A stretch of DNA of 64,000 bases from Octopus sinensis. Its lineage: Eukaryota. The position numbers were made by a program, and so were the translations under genes. The notes under the pieces were generated by a model. It had not been told where the DNA came from. It ran no database searches and saw only the letters and a program-made list of their open reading frames with translations. The stretch spans positions 20,894,001-20,958,000 of the forward strand of contig NC_043010.1 of the NCBI RefSeq assembly GCF_006345805.1, read 5' to 3'. Shown here piece after piece: positions 13,024 through 25,859 of the stretch. Positions within the stretch are counted from its first letter, which is position 1; each line of letters begins with the position of its first letter.

Positions 13024-14322
13024 TTTTACACTGTTTATATATATATTTTTTACTGTTTATGTTTGTACTGTCGTTACCGTCTTGCTTTTTTTTTACCCCC
13101 TCGCGAAGATCTCAGAATTTTAATTGATTTGCTTTTCGCGGGAAGGAATTTTTCTTCGAAGTATACGTCTCGCTTTTATCCTTCGAAACGTTTAGTAGAT
13201 GAAATCTTAGCGACTGAAGAAGGGGTTTTTTCGTTGTGGTTATTGTCCTGTATCTCTCCCTTTTTTTGCTTGTCTTGTTCCTTGTTTTGTGTCTATGTGT
13301 TTCGTCTCCTCTATGTGTTCGACGTCTTTTTGGTGTCCTGTACACATATATGCGTGTATATGTACATGTAGAGGTAGGTACGTACATATATGTTTATATA
13401 TATGCATATATTCTATTTTATTAACATATTATACGACTACATACGCACGCACCCTATTAAGTAAGATTGTTCTGTTTATCAAGTTAGCCTTGATATTAAC
13501 TCTCACGCGACTCTGCATCTTCTTTTCTTTCTTTCTCTCCCATTCCCTTTTCGTCTCTTTTTTTCCCTCACTTAACTTGTCTCTTCCCCTCTCTCTCATT
13601 CTTCATTCTCTCTCCTCCCTTTCACACCATTTCTTCATGGTCTCTCCTCGCACCATTCCCCTTCTTCTCGACTCTCTTCCTCTTGCTCCTCCTCCCCCCC
13701 ATTCCCGTCGTCCATCTGCGACGATACTTCCGTCGTAACTGCTATCCTGTCTTTTCTCGCCCCCGCCTTGTAAGCTACTGGTCGACTACATTTGCTCTCT
13801 TCTCGTCGTCCACGATAATCCAGCGTTTGCAATACTTTTTTCGTCTGGCGTTAACAGCCCTTCTTATCTTGTTCTCCTTGTCCTGTCTCTCACTGTTATA
13901 TTTTATTTTTTCCACTGTTTATATATAATATTTTTTTACTGTTTATATGTTTGTACTGTCGTTACCGTCTTGCTTTTTTTTTACCCCTTCTGCGAAAAGA
14001 TCTCAGAATTTTAATTGATTTGCTTTTCGCGGGAAGGAATTTTTCTTCGAAGTATAACGTCTCGCTTTTATCCTTCGAAACGTTTCTAGATGAAATCTTA
14101 GCGACTGAAGAAGGGGTTTTTTCGTTGTGCTTATTGTCCTGTATCTCTCTCTCTCCCTTTTTTTGCTTGTCTTGTTCCTTAGTTTTGGTGTCTATGTGTT
14201 TCGTCTCTCTATTTGTTCGACGTCTTTTTGGTGTCCTGTACACATTAATCGTGTATATGTACATGTAGAGGTAGGTACGTACATATATGTTTATATATAT
14301 GCATATATTCTATTTTATTAAC

Positions 14323-14325
<3 letters not shown>
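13018..14325. repeat. two ~410-bp direct repeats (13018-13429, 13900-14325) around a 470-bp pyrimidine-rich spacer
   Basis: Near-identical sequence at about 880-895 bp spacing; a diverged relative lies at 51760-52170; flanked by (TA)n. Confidence 0.85.
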
Positions 14326-14364
<39 letters not shown>

Positions 14365-14538
14365 GTGTGTTGTGTGTGTGTGTGTATGCATATATATATA
14401 TAATATATATGGGTGGGGTATGTATGTATATGTTTTACATTCGCGCATTGAAATTCATGTTATATTTCACTTTTTTCAACTTCAAAGGTATTCTATTTCT
14501 GCACATACACTAATCTATCTATCTATTATCTATCTATC

Positions 14539-14621
<83 letters not shown>

Positions 14622-14829
14622 GGACAGACAGACGCAAGGGCTCCAAGTAATTGGTCATTTTGTCCGTTCAAAAGTGGTTTATTGTCAATATTTTTGTGTT
14701 TAAAAGTGTGCAACAACATCCACTGCAAACCGTGATAAATATCTACACAAATTTCGCCCTTTGTGGGCAAAATTTTAAAAATTCTTATAGGCCTCGTGTT
14801 GTATTTTAGCCATTTTAATTTTCAAAAAT

Positions 14830-16090
14830 GGCTACATGGTCACCACGAGGGAGGGCGGAAGTCAAGCGTGACGCCAAAACAAAGAGAAGCAAGGTTCCCT
14901 GTCACCATGCGCGCTGAACTGACTGTTTGAACGCTACTTACACCACCACCACCACCACCACCATCAACATCGACAACAGCAACAACTACAAAACAAAGGT
15001 CGTAAGGCCAAGCACCGTCACCACGCCACCAATGATTCCACCATCAACACACAACACACGACACCACTACAATGAGCTTCTGCTACTACAACTGCTACCT
15101 CTGCTAACACAACAACAATAACAATACCAAGATCACCGCCACCAAAGACCGTGCCGTCAATACCAATGCCACCACTACAATATCTGTTACTACGACTGCC
15201 TCCTTTGCTACTAACACCACCACACCGGACACACAAGGAACGACAATAACACAACAAAACAACAACAATTCCCTCCAGCCATTGTTCCCTCCACCACCAA
15301 CAAGTGAAGGAGAGAAAGAAAAAAAAACACGACCACCAACTAATTGCCGAAATTTGCTCAAACGCAGGGGAAAATTATGCAGACAACTTTCCACCACCCC
15401 TTGCTAATTGCATAATCAGCAACCATAAAAAATTACACCAATATACCCACAACACCACCTCCACACCACCACCACCACCCCACCACCACCTCCACCACCA
15501 CCACCACCTCCATCACCACCACCAACATAAATGATAAAAATGAAAATAACGCAAATACCAATTAACAAAAACAACAAGAATATTTCGGATACAAGAACAA
15601 CACACACACACAACAACAACTGCCAGAATATAAAAGTAAATTTCGCTGACACGCTGCGTCAGAAAAAAGAAATAGTAAAATTTACGAATGAAGAGTTGAC
15701 AGAGACAAGAGCACTCTTTACAACATAAGCAGGGAGATATTTAACTCTGGACAGCATCCCCTCAGACAATCAAAAAATCAATGACCCCGCAAAACCACAC
15801 ACACAACTAACAGCAATAGACACGGACAATAAAAAACTAATGGATTACATTGCATCCAACACTAACATCTGCGAAGATGACTTTAAGACAAATAATCATC
15901 CGCGCACGACTCCGCCGAAACACATAAAAATTTTACACATATAACAAACACAACACCATACACTGAAAACCATATTTCCAAATGCGGTAGGGGGGGTTTC
16001 AGAAATACCTCTCCCAAAAACTATTCAAACACCTCCTCAAAGACACTACAAAAGATGAAGAAAAAACTGAAACTTTCGAAATGAGTAAGT
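14830..16090 (+). pseudogene. possible degraded ORF1 / 5' region of the Tx1-like LINE
   Basis: A/C-rich, Thr/Pro-rich broken frames. The 15531 frame reads on through a stop (KVNFADTLRQKKEIVKF...DYIASNTNICEDDF) directly upstream of ORF2. No diagnostic motif recognised. Confidence 0.35.
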
Positions 16091-16158
16091 GACCTTCCCT
16101 TTTGCCTCTTGTCTCTTCCAATGTAGTGTGTGAAACACAAACTCCTTAAACGTCAATT

Positions 16159-19100
16159 ATGCTTAAATTAGGTTGTGTGAATGCGCGTGGCTTGGCGTCG
16201 GCTGGAAACAAGGTTACCTTCTAAACGACATCAAGTCACTGAACGTGGATATAGTAGCTATCAGTGAAACCAGACTCAGCAAGCCGCGGGCCCTCGCGTC
16301 CATGTTTGGCGATCAATTCGACATTTATTTTTCTCCCTGTCTGCCGAACATGGGTGGTGGAGGTACCGCGGTACTTTTTCAAAAGAGTCTAAATGTAAAA
16401 GTAAGAACAATATTCCTAGACTCGGAGGGTAGGCTGGTTGTCGTAGACGTGGATGGCAGAAATGGGTGTGCATTCCGTCTGATGGCAGTTTATGCACTGT
16501 CCTTAACGGGTCGGGCGGATTTCTTCAGACGTCTAGAGTTTTTCCTGGCTACGTCTAGACCTTTACTGTTAGTAGGGGATTGGAACGCTACCTTGGACAC
16601 GCATCTAGATTATGTGGGAATGGATAGGAATAGAAGGGGGTGTAAGTGCCTCAAAGGCCTACTCAGACGTTTCCATTTGTCTGGCAGGTTCCGACTCGAC
16701 CATCCGAACGTGCCAACGTGGACTTGGACAAACCGCGCCGGATCGTCGAGATCTTATCTAGATAGAATTCTATGCAGGACAGCGGATAGGGATAGTGTAG
16801 TATGTCCACAATTTAAAATAGTCAGTTACACAGATCAAAAATTTGTGACGTGTACGCTCGACTTAGATACGACACATAGACAGGGTCCCGGTTACTGGAA
16901 ACTGAACACGTCGCTCTTAGCGCGACAGGTTTACAGGAACCGGATTAGCGAGATAATTAAGAGGGCGCTGACGGGAGCCGTCGTTAACAACCGCAGGTGG
17001 TACGCCCTGAAAATGGCAATAAAATCGGAATCAATTAGGTTTAGCAAGGAAGTAGCGATAGATCGAAATAGAGTAGAGGGGGACCTGGTTAAGAAACTAG
17101 CAGAGGCACTTACCACTGGCAGCGCAACCAGCGTGCTGGCTGCGAGGATGGTCCTCGACCAACAACAACGCCAAGCACGAGGGTTGCGTCGTCAGAGCTA
17201 CAATGCGTGCCTTAAGGAACGAAGGGATCGAAGCTGCGCGAGAAGCCCGGGCAGCGGAGGCGCAGCGTGGCAACAGAGCCACCATTCGGTCTCTAATAGA
17301 TCAACAGGGATGCAGTTTACTCCAACCCGAAAGGATGCGTGAGTCCTTTCAACAGCACTTTGCTTGACTGTTTGGTGCGAGTGGTGGGTTGGGACGCGGG
17401 ATGGATTTCAGTGCCTACCTGACCGACCTGCCGCGGCTCTCGGCAAGAGAAGCGGAGTGTTGTGAAAGTCCCATCACAGCCGCTGACGTGCGGGATGCGA
17501 TGGCGGTCTGCGCGAGGGATAAGTCGCCTGGATTGGATGGTTTACCCTACGAGCTGTATTGTCAAATGCCAGACTTGTTTGGCGACCTCTTGGCATCAGT
17601 CTACTGCAACTGGCAACAAAACGGGAGAATCCCCGGTTTCGTGAGCCGAGGTGAAGTGACGTTGCTGAAGAAAGACCCAAGCAAGGGGAATTTTATAGAT
17701 AATTTCAGGCCCATCACTCTGCTCAACGCAGATTTGAAAATTTTGGCCAAAGTAATAGCCGAGAGGTTGGCGCTTGTCATTGGTAAACTGGTCGACAGGG
17801 CGCAAACATGCGCCGTGCTGGGCAGAACCATACATGACAACCTCCATCTGATGCGCTATATTGTGGACAGGGTAGTTAAGGATCCTGGCATGGGTGGGGC
17901 GCTGATCAATTTGGATCAGTCTAAAGCCTTCGATAGGGTCGACCATTGGTACTTGGCGGCCGTCCTCAGGGCGGCTGGCTTCGGTCCCGTCTTCCGCGGT
18001 TGGATCACTACCTTGTATAGCGGCATCCGATCGGTGATTCGGGTGAACGGCCACCTGTCGAAACCGTTTGACATCACGCGTTCGGTCCGTCAGGGGTGTC
18101 CCCTGTCGGCGCTTCTGTATGTATTGACTCTCGAGCCGCTACTGCGGAAGCTGGCGAAACTGAGGGGCATCCACGGGAACTGGGTTGCGCGACGAGCGTG
18201 TCGGCATATGCGGACGATGTCACCGTCATAGTGTCGAGCGACAAACACATCCAGATGATAGGCGAGACACTAAGAAAATACGAAACGGTGACGGGAGCAA
18301 AGATTAACCCGGAAAAGTCAGTGGGTTTGCTACTCGGCACCTGGAGAAGCAAGCCCATGCCGTCCGACTGCGGCTCAGTAGTGGGACGCTGGACGGACCG
18401 GTTAAATTGTTCGTGGTCTGGTTCAGTCCGGACCTCCAAATGGATAAGAACTGGGACGAGATCACGAGTAGAGTGGTCGCTCTCAGCCAAACATGGGCCG
18501 AGAGAAAGCTGTCTCTAAAAGGTAGGGCGGAGGTGGCGAACGCGTACATCGAATCCGTCATCGATTACCGCCTGACCATCGCGCCTTGTCCCGACGCCAC
18601 CATCACCAAACTGGAACGCATACTCTTCCGCTTCCTGTGGAAGGGTGGCATTCCAATGGTGAGGAGGTCCATTTGCTGTCAATATCCGTTTAATGGAGGA
18701 CTAGGCATACCGTGGTTGATGATGCGCAGGCATGCGCTGAGACTGCATATGTGAGGCGCGCCTTCCCGCAGCTCGTCTCACTGACCGAACTGCAAAGGTG
18801 GATCAGGAAGAGACCGAAACTGGGCGATTGGCACCGAGAGTGTCACCAAGCTCTACAGCAGCTCTGTCGACCGGGGTCAAACTTGTGCAACTTACAAACG
18901 ACTAAAGCGTTCTATAGAGGACTAGTGGAGGGGAGGTCCGACGACACACTTGGGGCAAACCTGGGCGTCGACGAGAAATTCCTAACCCGCCTATTCAGGA
19001 CGACGTTCGGGCCGGGGCCTATGGATAACTTCCAGAAATCCCTGGCTTGGCAATGCTATCGAGACGCACTACCTGTTCGAGAGAAGAGCTACAGGCTCGG

Positions 19101-19532
19101 TTCGAAAACCATCACCGGACCGACCTGCCCGAGATGCGGTCAGAGCGACGAAACCGTTCTGCACGCACTCGTGCAGTGTCCAGATATTTCAGAGCTGTGG
19201 GCCTTCGTCGAACAGCTGTTGTTGCGTGTAGGACGGGCCCGCTTATCGGCCGAGTCTATCGTGAATATTGTTCCACCACCTTCCTTTAAACGGTTTTCGT
19301 TACACTGATGGCTATGGCGAAAGAATGTGTGTGGTGGACGCGTTTGAAAGGACTGCAAACGAACACCTTCCTCTCTGGTCAGTCTCTCGTCAACTTTTTC
19401 AAGTACCACTTGAAAAGGAAGATGAGAATAGAGAGGAAGGCTTTGTCGAAAGAATGTTTTAATAAAAAGTGGGTAAACGTGGCAAAAATGGTCAGTATGA
19501 AAGACGACACTATTTTAAGCGTAAATCTGTAA
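16159..19532 (+). pseudogene. L1/Tx1-clade non-LTR retrotransposon ORF2 (APE endonuclease, reverse transcriptase, C-terminal zinc knuckle), frameshifted
   Basis: ATG at 16159 gives MLKLGCVNARGL. APE motifs: DIVAISET, VGDWNA, SYLDRIL, WKLN. RT motifs: KSPGLDG, FRPITLLNADLKI, LDQSKAFDRV, VRQGCPLSA, AYADDV. Zinc knuckle: CPRC..DETVLHALVQC. Split over several ORFs; polyA signal at 19819-19824. Confidence 0.93.
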
Positions 19533-19827
19533 CCAAAAGAGACAACGAGAGGTAAGGCGACTTACTCATGTGTTCATTTTCGAACTGTCTGAGGTGACTT
19601 TGGTCTTTTTTGTAGGTTTTTCTTTCCAGGTCTACACCTAAACTGTGAACTTTATTTATATATATATATATTATATTTTTATACTCCACACAACCCATAG
19701 ATCCCTATTGATCGAACCTTTTTTTCTTTGTATGTCCCACCCATCCCACCTCGAAAAGAAAATAACTCTACATTGTATTTCGTCCATTTTTATTCTGTGT
19801 TTAGCCCTGTGTGGCCACAATAAAAAG

Positions 19828-19912
<85 letters not shown>

Positions 19913-19946
19913 GATATATTTATCTATCTGTCTATCTGTCTATCTG

Positions 19947-19979
<33 letters not shown>

Positions 19980-20009
19980 ATATCTACAAATGTGGTAACA
20001 TATAACAAT

Positions 20010-20404
20010 ATTGACCAAGGTTACCGTGGTCTTTTTCGTAGGCTTTTCTTCCCAGGGATAAACCTTACTTGCTTTCCCCTTTACACCATATATCATAACA
20101 CTGTGATACACGATCCCTATTGATCGTTCCTTTTATTTTTTTTATTTTCCCCTTTTTTCCCCCTTTTGCTTCTTTTTTCATTTCTCTTTTCTTTTGTTCC
20201 GTTTCCCTTTCTTTTTTTTCTTTTATTCTTTTTATTTTTTATTCTATTTTGTTTTCATTTTTTATTTCTTTTTGTTCTTTTCTTCCCTCTTACGATCCCT
20301 CTTGATCGAAAACCTACGCCACCCCCTTTTATTCATCCCCCAAAAGAAAAGCTCTACCTTGTAACTTGTCCCATCTGTGTGCAGCCCTGTGTGGCCAATA
20401 AAGA

Positions 20405-20406
<2 letters not shown>
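20010..20406 (+). mobile_element. second, diverged Tx1-like 3' UTR (5'-truncated copy)
   Basis: Shares ggtctttt..gtagg, gatccctattgatcg, ctctac.ttgta and gccctgtgtggcca..aataaa with 19595-19826. Confidence 0.7.
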
Positions 20407-20443
<37 letters not shown>

Positions 20444-21312
20444 GTCTGTCTATCTCTCTGTCTGTCTGTCTATCTATCCCTCTGTCTGTCTGTCTGTCTG
20501 TCTCTCTCTATCTATCTATCTACCTACCTACCTTCCTACCTACCTACTGGTATGTCAAGAAAGGAAGATACATAAAAGCAGCATCGTTTAAGTAACAAAC
20601 TAATACTCATAGAGAGGAAAAGCAATAAATAGAATCTCATTTTCACTACTACTACTACTACTACAATTTCTGCTCTATATTTGTTTTTGAACTGTGATAG
20701 TCCTTTTCTACCTTACACAAAATACATTACAAGCATCCAGCACACATATACACCCACCCACACATACACACACATACACACACACAGAGTATGATGACTG
20801 AGTGAGTTACATATCATTCACTAAACTTTCATACTGGTCAAAAGGAAAATAAGCATCCCTCTGTTGTACATCCATTAATATTATTTCGTCTGAAGAAATG
20901 ACTCCATGAAGATGATCAACCCAAGGCCCACGGATACTACGGACTACACTGTAATCATCTCAGGAATATGGACTATGATCGTAAGAGACATTTGATTTGT
21001 AGAAACGCGCGTAGCTATGCATTAAATGTGTGTATATAAGCATTGCGAGAATAATAACCTGGTGTAGAACTCAATATACGCATGTGTCAGAACGAAGTGT
21101 TAGGGGTGTATAAAGCGATAATAAGAAAAAAAGATGACAAAGTCCGCTGCATCTCACAGCTGAAACAGCTGTAAGCTGATGAAGTTCACAAGATAAGCAT
21201 GTATTCCTTTGTCATCTTTTTTTGTTATTACTGCCTCTATACTTGTTTAATCCTTGTGTATACATACAATTCATACTTACACACACACATACATACATAC
21301 ATTATATATATA

Positions 21313-21417
<105 letters not shown>

Positions 21418-21994
21418 AAACATATATACAGACATACACACACATACACTTGCATACTCACGCACGCACGCATACATACACTAACGCGCGCATTTATATT
21501 CAGAAGGACGTTATGTTGATCACTAAATGGGCAGTCACCTGAAGAATTGGTTAAATGGAATTATTAAAAGATATTTATCAAAGACTGGATACATACAAGC
21601 TATTGGTGGCGATAAAAGTGCATTCTGAAAAACCACACACGATCACATGTTTCATTTCTGAAAAATTTATTAGTTTCAGTTTGCTGTAACCGCTCAGACC
21701 CAACCCGTTACCCACCCGACAGTGTTTCTTCTTTTGTAAACAATAAGATTTGATTATATGAATAGTAAACCACCAATGGTGTGTATATGTGTGCGTGAAC
21801 GTGTATGTAAGTGTGTGTGTGTAGGTGTTTGATTGTAGCAGTTTGTGTGTGTGTGTGTGTGTGTGTGTTGAAGAAATATACATGAATGTATACATTTATA
21901 CATGTAAGTGCATATATATATATATATATACATACATACGTACATATATATATATATATATATATATACATCTATATATTAGTTATGTATATGG

Positions 21995-22030
<36 letters not shown>

Positions 22031-23693
22031 ATTTATGTGTATATATATATATATATGTATGCATTTATGTGTATATATATATATGTATATATGCATATAT
22101 AAATAAACATATATATGTACGTTTATGTGTATATGTATGTATGCGTATATAAATAAATGTTTATATGTATGTATATATGTATAGTATGTATATGTGTACA
22201 TACATACGTGTGCATCTATATATGTAGAAATTCATCAGTTGTTAGTCGTTTATTTAAGCTGTACAAAAGCCGGGCAAATCCACCTGTTGATTTCTCATTT
22301 ATTTAATTTTAGAAAGAAAATGACTCTTTAAATTTTATTTCGTTAGAATCGCTAAGGTTATTAACATCAGCATCGTCAACAAACTTTACTTTTCTCCAAA
22401 TATATTTAGGGGAGAAAATTATAAGCAACAACAACAGCAACAAAAACAGAACACAAACATTACATAACGCAATAAATAGTTTGAATTTCCTGATAATGTC
22501 TCTATCATAACATATTTGGAGTATTTTCTCTTATCTCCCAATTTAATCTTGTTCCAAACTCGGAGGCAGCTGCAGTTTAACTTGCCGTTATGACAAAAGT
22601 CGACGCTAGAATATACATTTTTGTCTTTGTGTTTGCTTCTTTGGTTTCTTTTTTGAGATATCTTTTAGATTGTATTTCAGCAGAATTCTTCTATAAAAAA
22701 TATTTGTCGCAAGACAATAGAAATAAGAAAATATATACATATATTTTTTTTGCAATATATGTATATATGTACATAGCTATTTTTCTGTTTCTCTCTTTTT
22801 TATTTTGCACTAAATTAATAACTTTGCTGTCATCTTATTATCTGTCCTGATGTTTATCATATTTTAAAGTCTTGATATTAAATTCCTATAGCTTCAAAAC
22901 AAACGCGTAGCTAGTTCAATTTAGTATTACGCTAGAAAATATGCGGCTTCTAAGTAAAAGCAATCTAAGTTCAATCTCCATCCACAGATGCAGTCCATGG
23001 ACAAATGTTTTACACTTGTTACTCAATGTTTGACCTTTGGTTGGTTATGTTAGAAGCTATCTTTTAGTTCATATTGTGTTATATCAGAGCATCATGGCAT
23101 CGATCAGATTGCCAGATGTTGTTCTACATCGCTAGTCACAATGCGCTTCTCATTGTTTTAGCTTTCTAAACGACTCCACTCAACTACCTAGGCGAGGAGA
23201 TCAACTTTCCACCTGCTTGGAAGGATATTCTGTAACAGGGTGACCCATTTACAGCTGAGGAGACTGGAGCAACGTGAAATGAAGTGTTTTGCTCAAGACC
23301 ATAACGACCAGGAATCGAACTCAAGATATAGCAATCACAAGTGAAATACCCTAACCACCAGGCTACATGCCTTGACTTGTGTTATATAGCTTCTAACAAA
23401 GCAACCAAAAAATTAATATATTTTATGTTTTAGGGTGGCATTATAGAAATTAACGAAATTCATTATAAAAGTAGCCCTTTAGTCATAGTGGCCCCAGCAT
23501 ATAGGAAGAAACAATGAATGTGGCTACCTCACTGCTGTCAAACGTCCAAGAAATCCTGCAGCAATGATCTAGATTTATATGTAGTGTTTATTGACACGAG
23601 TCCACCCCGTATAATATATTCTAGGGTTTAATTATAAAAAAACCTACCAAGTACTAAAAATTCATGATACTTTATATATATATATATATATAC

Positions 23694-23759
<66 letters not shown>

Positions 23760-23850
23760 ACTTATACATGTGCATATATATATACATCTGTTTGTTTTGT
23801 ACACCACCTGTCTTGGTCTTTTGATTTATTTCGTGAACTCTCTCTCCCCC

Positions 23851-23885
<35 letters not shown>

Positions 23886-23886
<1 letters not shown>

Positions 23887-24282
23887 ACTCTTTTTACTCT
23901 TTTACTTGTTTCAGTCATTTGACTGCGGCCATGCTGGAGCACCGCCTTTAGTCGAGCAAATCGACCCCGGGACTTATTCTTTGTAAGCCCAGTACTTATT
24001 CTATCGGTCTCTTTTGCCGAACTGCTAAGTGACGGGGACATAAACACACTGGTATCGGTTGTCAAGCAATGCTAGGGGGACAAACACACACACATACACA
24101 TATATTTATACATATATACGACAGGCTTCTTTCAGTTTCCGTCTACCAAATCCACTCACAAGGCATTGGTCGGCCCGGGGCTATAGCAGAAGACACTTGC
24201 CCAAGATGCCACGCAGTGGGACTGAACCCGGAACCATGTGGTTGGTTAGCAAGCTACTTACCAGACAGCCACTCCTGCGCCT
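23886..24282 (-). mobile_element. SINE family B (tRNA-like head, CORE-like gcaccttgggcaagtgtc, internal microsatellite, (GAGTAAAA)n tail)
   Basis: Full-length copy; a partial second copy lies at 24458-24605. Confidence 0.85.
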
Positions 24283-24301
24283 ATATGTACAGTTATATAT
24301 A

Positions 24302-24359
<58 letters not shown>

Positions 24360-24413
24360 TATATTATATATATATATTATATATATATATATATATTATA
24401 TATATATATATAT

Positions 24414-24453
<40 letters not shown>

Positions 24454-24815
24454 ATGGCGGACTTCTTTCAGTTTCTGTCTACCATTCACAAGACTTTGGT
24501 CGGCCTGGAGCTATATCAGTAGACACTTGTCCAAGGTGCCATGCAGTGGGACTGAGATCGGAATCGTGTGATCGGAAACAAACTTCTTTACCACACAGCC
24601 ACGCCTACATCTTCAATATGTGACCACATGTGTATCGTTGGCGATTTTCTTTCTCAGTCTTCCCTTCTTAGGACTTTTTCTATATTTCTGACAAAGAGCT
24701 CTGCCCGAAACGTGAAATCCTCTTTCTTTTCTTTCCTTTCCTGAGCGTCCAATAACACTGTACTTATTCCACGTCCTCGCGTTGTGTTTTTTCTTCCTTG
24801 TTCATGTTTGGATTG

Positions 24816-24856
<41 letters not shown>

Positions 24857-24857
24857 T

Positions 24858-24895
<38 letters not shown>

Positions 24896-25100
24896 AAGTA
24901 GATAAATGAATTATCTTATTACGGATTATTCAAATGATAACCGATACCTGGGTAGCAAAAATCACAACAGAAAAAAGCACGGTTGAGGTTACGACCATGG
25001 GGTCTAAAAGCCGTGCCTTATTGCGGAAATTTGAAGTTTTATGTATTTAGTGTAGGAAGAAATGGAGCTGAACGAAGACTTAACAAAATTCCTTTTTATT

Positions 25101-25186
25101 ATTTTCTACATATGTTTCAAAGGCTGCAAAGTCCCTAATTCGGATTGAATAAGGAGTCCATTTTGCAGCCCTCTCTTCAGGAAAAT
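25101..25186 (-). ncRNA. type-I hammerhead ribozyme
   Basis: AUUUUC CUGAAGA [GAGGGCUGCAAA...UUUGCAGCCUUU] GAAA CAUAUG UA GAAAAU; intact core and 6-bp stem I. Confidence 0.85.
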
Positions 25187-25340
25187 CCAGGAACTTAATT
25201 CTCCAACAAAATGCACAGCAAGCTTTTCGACAAACGCTCAAGAGGAGCCCATGGAATAAAAGGCCATTTATTCCATGGGCTCCTCGTGAGCGTTTGTCGA
25301 AAAGCTTGCTGTGCATTTTGTTGGAGAATTAAGTTCCTGG

Positions 25341-25426
25341 ATTTTCCTGAAGAGAGGGCTGCAAAATGGACTCCTTATTCAATCCGAATTAGGGACTTTG
25401 CAACCTTTGAAACATATGTAGAAAAT
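25341..25426 (+). ncRNA. type-I hammerhead ribozyme (mirror copy)
   Basis: attttc CTGAAGA gagggctgcaaa...tttgcaaccttt GAAA catatg TA gaaaat. Confidence 0.85.
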
Positions 25427-25496
25427 AATAAAAAGGAATTTGTTAAGTCTTCGTTCAGCTCCATTTCTTCCTACACTATATATATATATATATGTA

Positions 25497-25859
25497 TACT
25501 CTTTACTCTTACTCTTTTACCTGTTTCAGTCATTTGGACTGTGGCCATGCTGGAGCACCGCCTTTAGTCGAGCAAATCGACCCCAGGACTTATTCTTTGG
25601 AATCCTAGTACTTATTCTATCAGTCTCTTTTGCCGAACCGCTAAGTTAAGGGGGACGTAAACACACCAGCATCGGTTGTCAAGCGATGTCGGGGGGACAA
25701 ATAGAGACACACAAACACATACACACACACACACATACATATATATATAAATATATATACATATATACGACGGGCTTCTTTCAGTTTCTGTCTATCAAAT
25801 CCACTCACAAGGCTTTGGTCGGCCCGAGGCTATAGTAGAAGACACTTACCCAAGGTGCC
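25497..25859 (-). mobile_element. SINE family B lacking its tRNA head
   Basis: Homology ends at cccaaggtgcc, where the Penelope fragment begins. Confidence 0.8.

Larger units (their letters stand above)
24891..25478. mobile_element. HHR-bearing element whose 5' part is a near-perfect 430-bp palindrome (25048-25478)
   Basis: Arms 25048-25260 and 25268-25478. The unique 3' part (24891-25080, minus) is homologous to 55520-55710 (+). Both ends lie in (TA)n. Confidence 0.8.

Noticed and set aside
25080-25567. Nearly identical ORFs on opposite strands (MHSKLFDKRSRG...)
   Set aside because: A by-product of the DNA palindrome; no protein motif.
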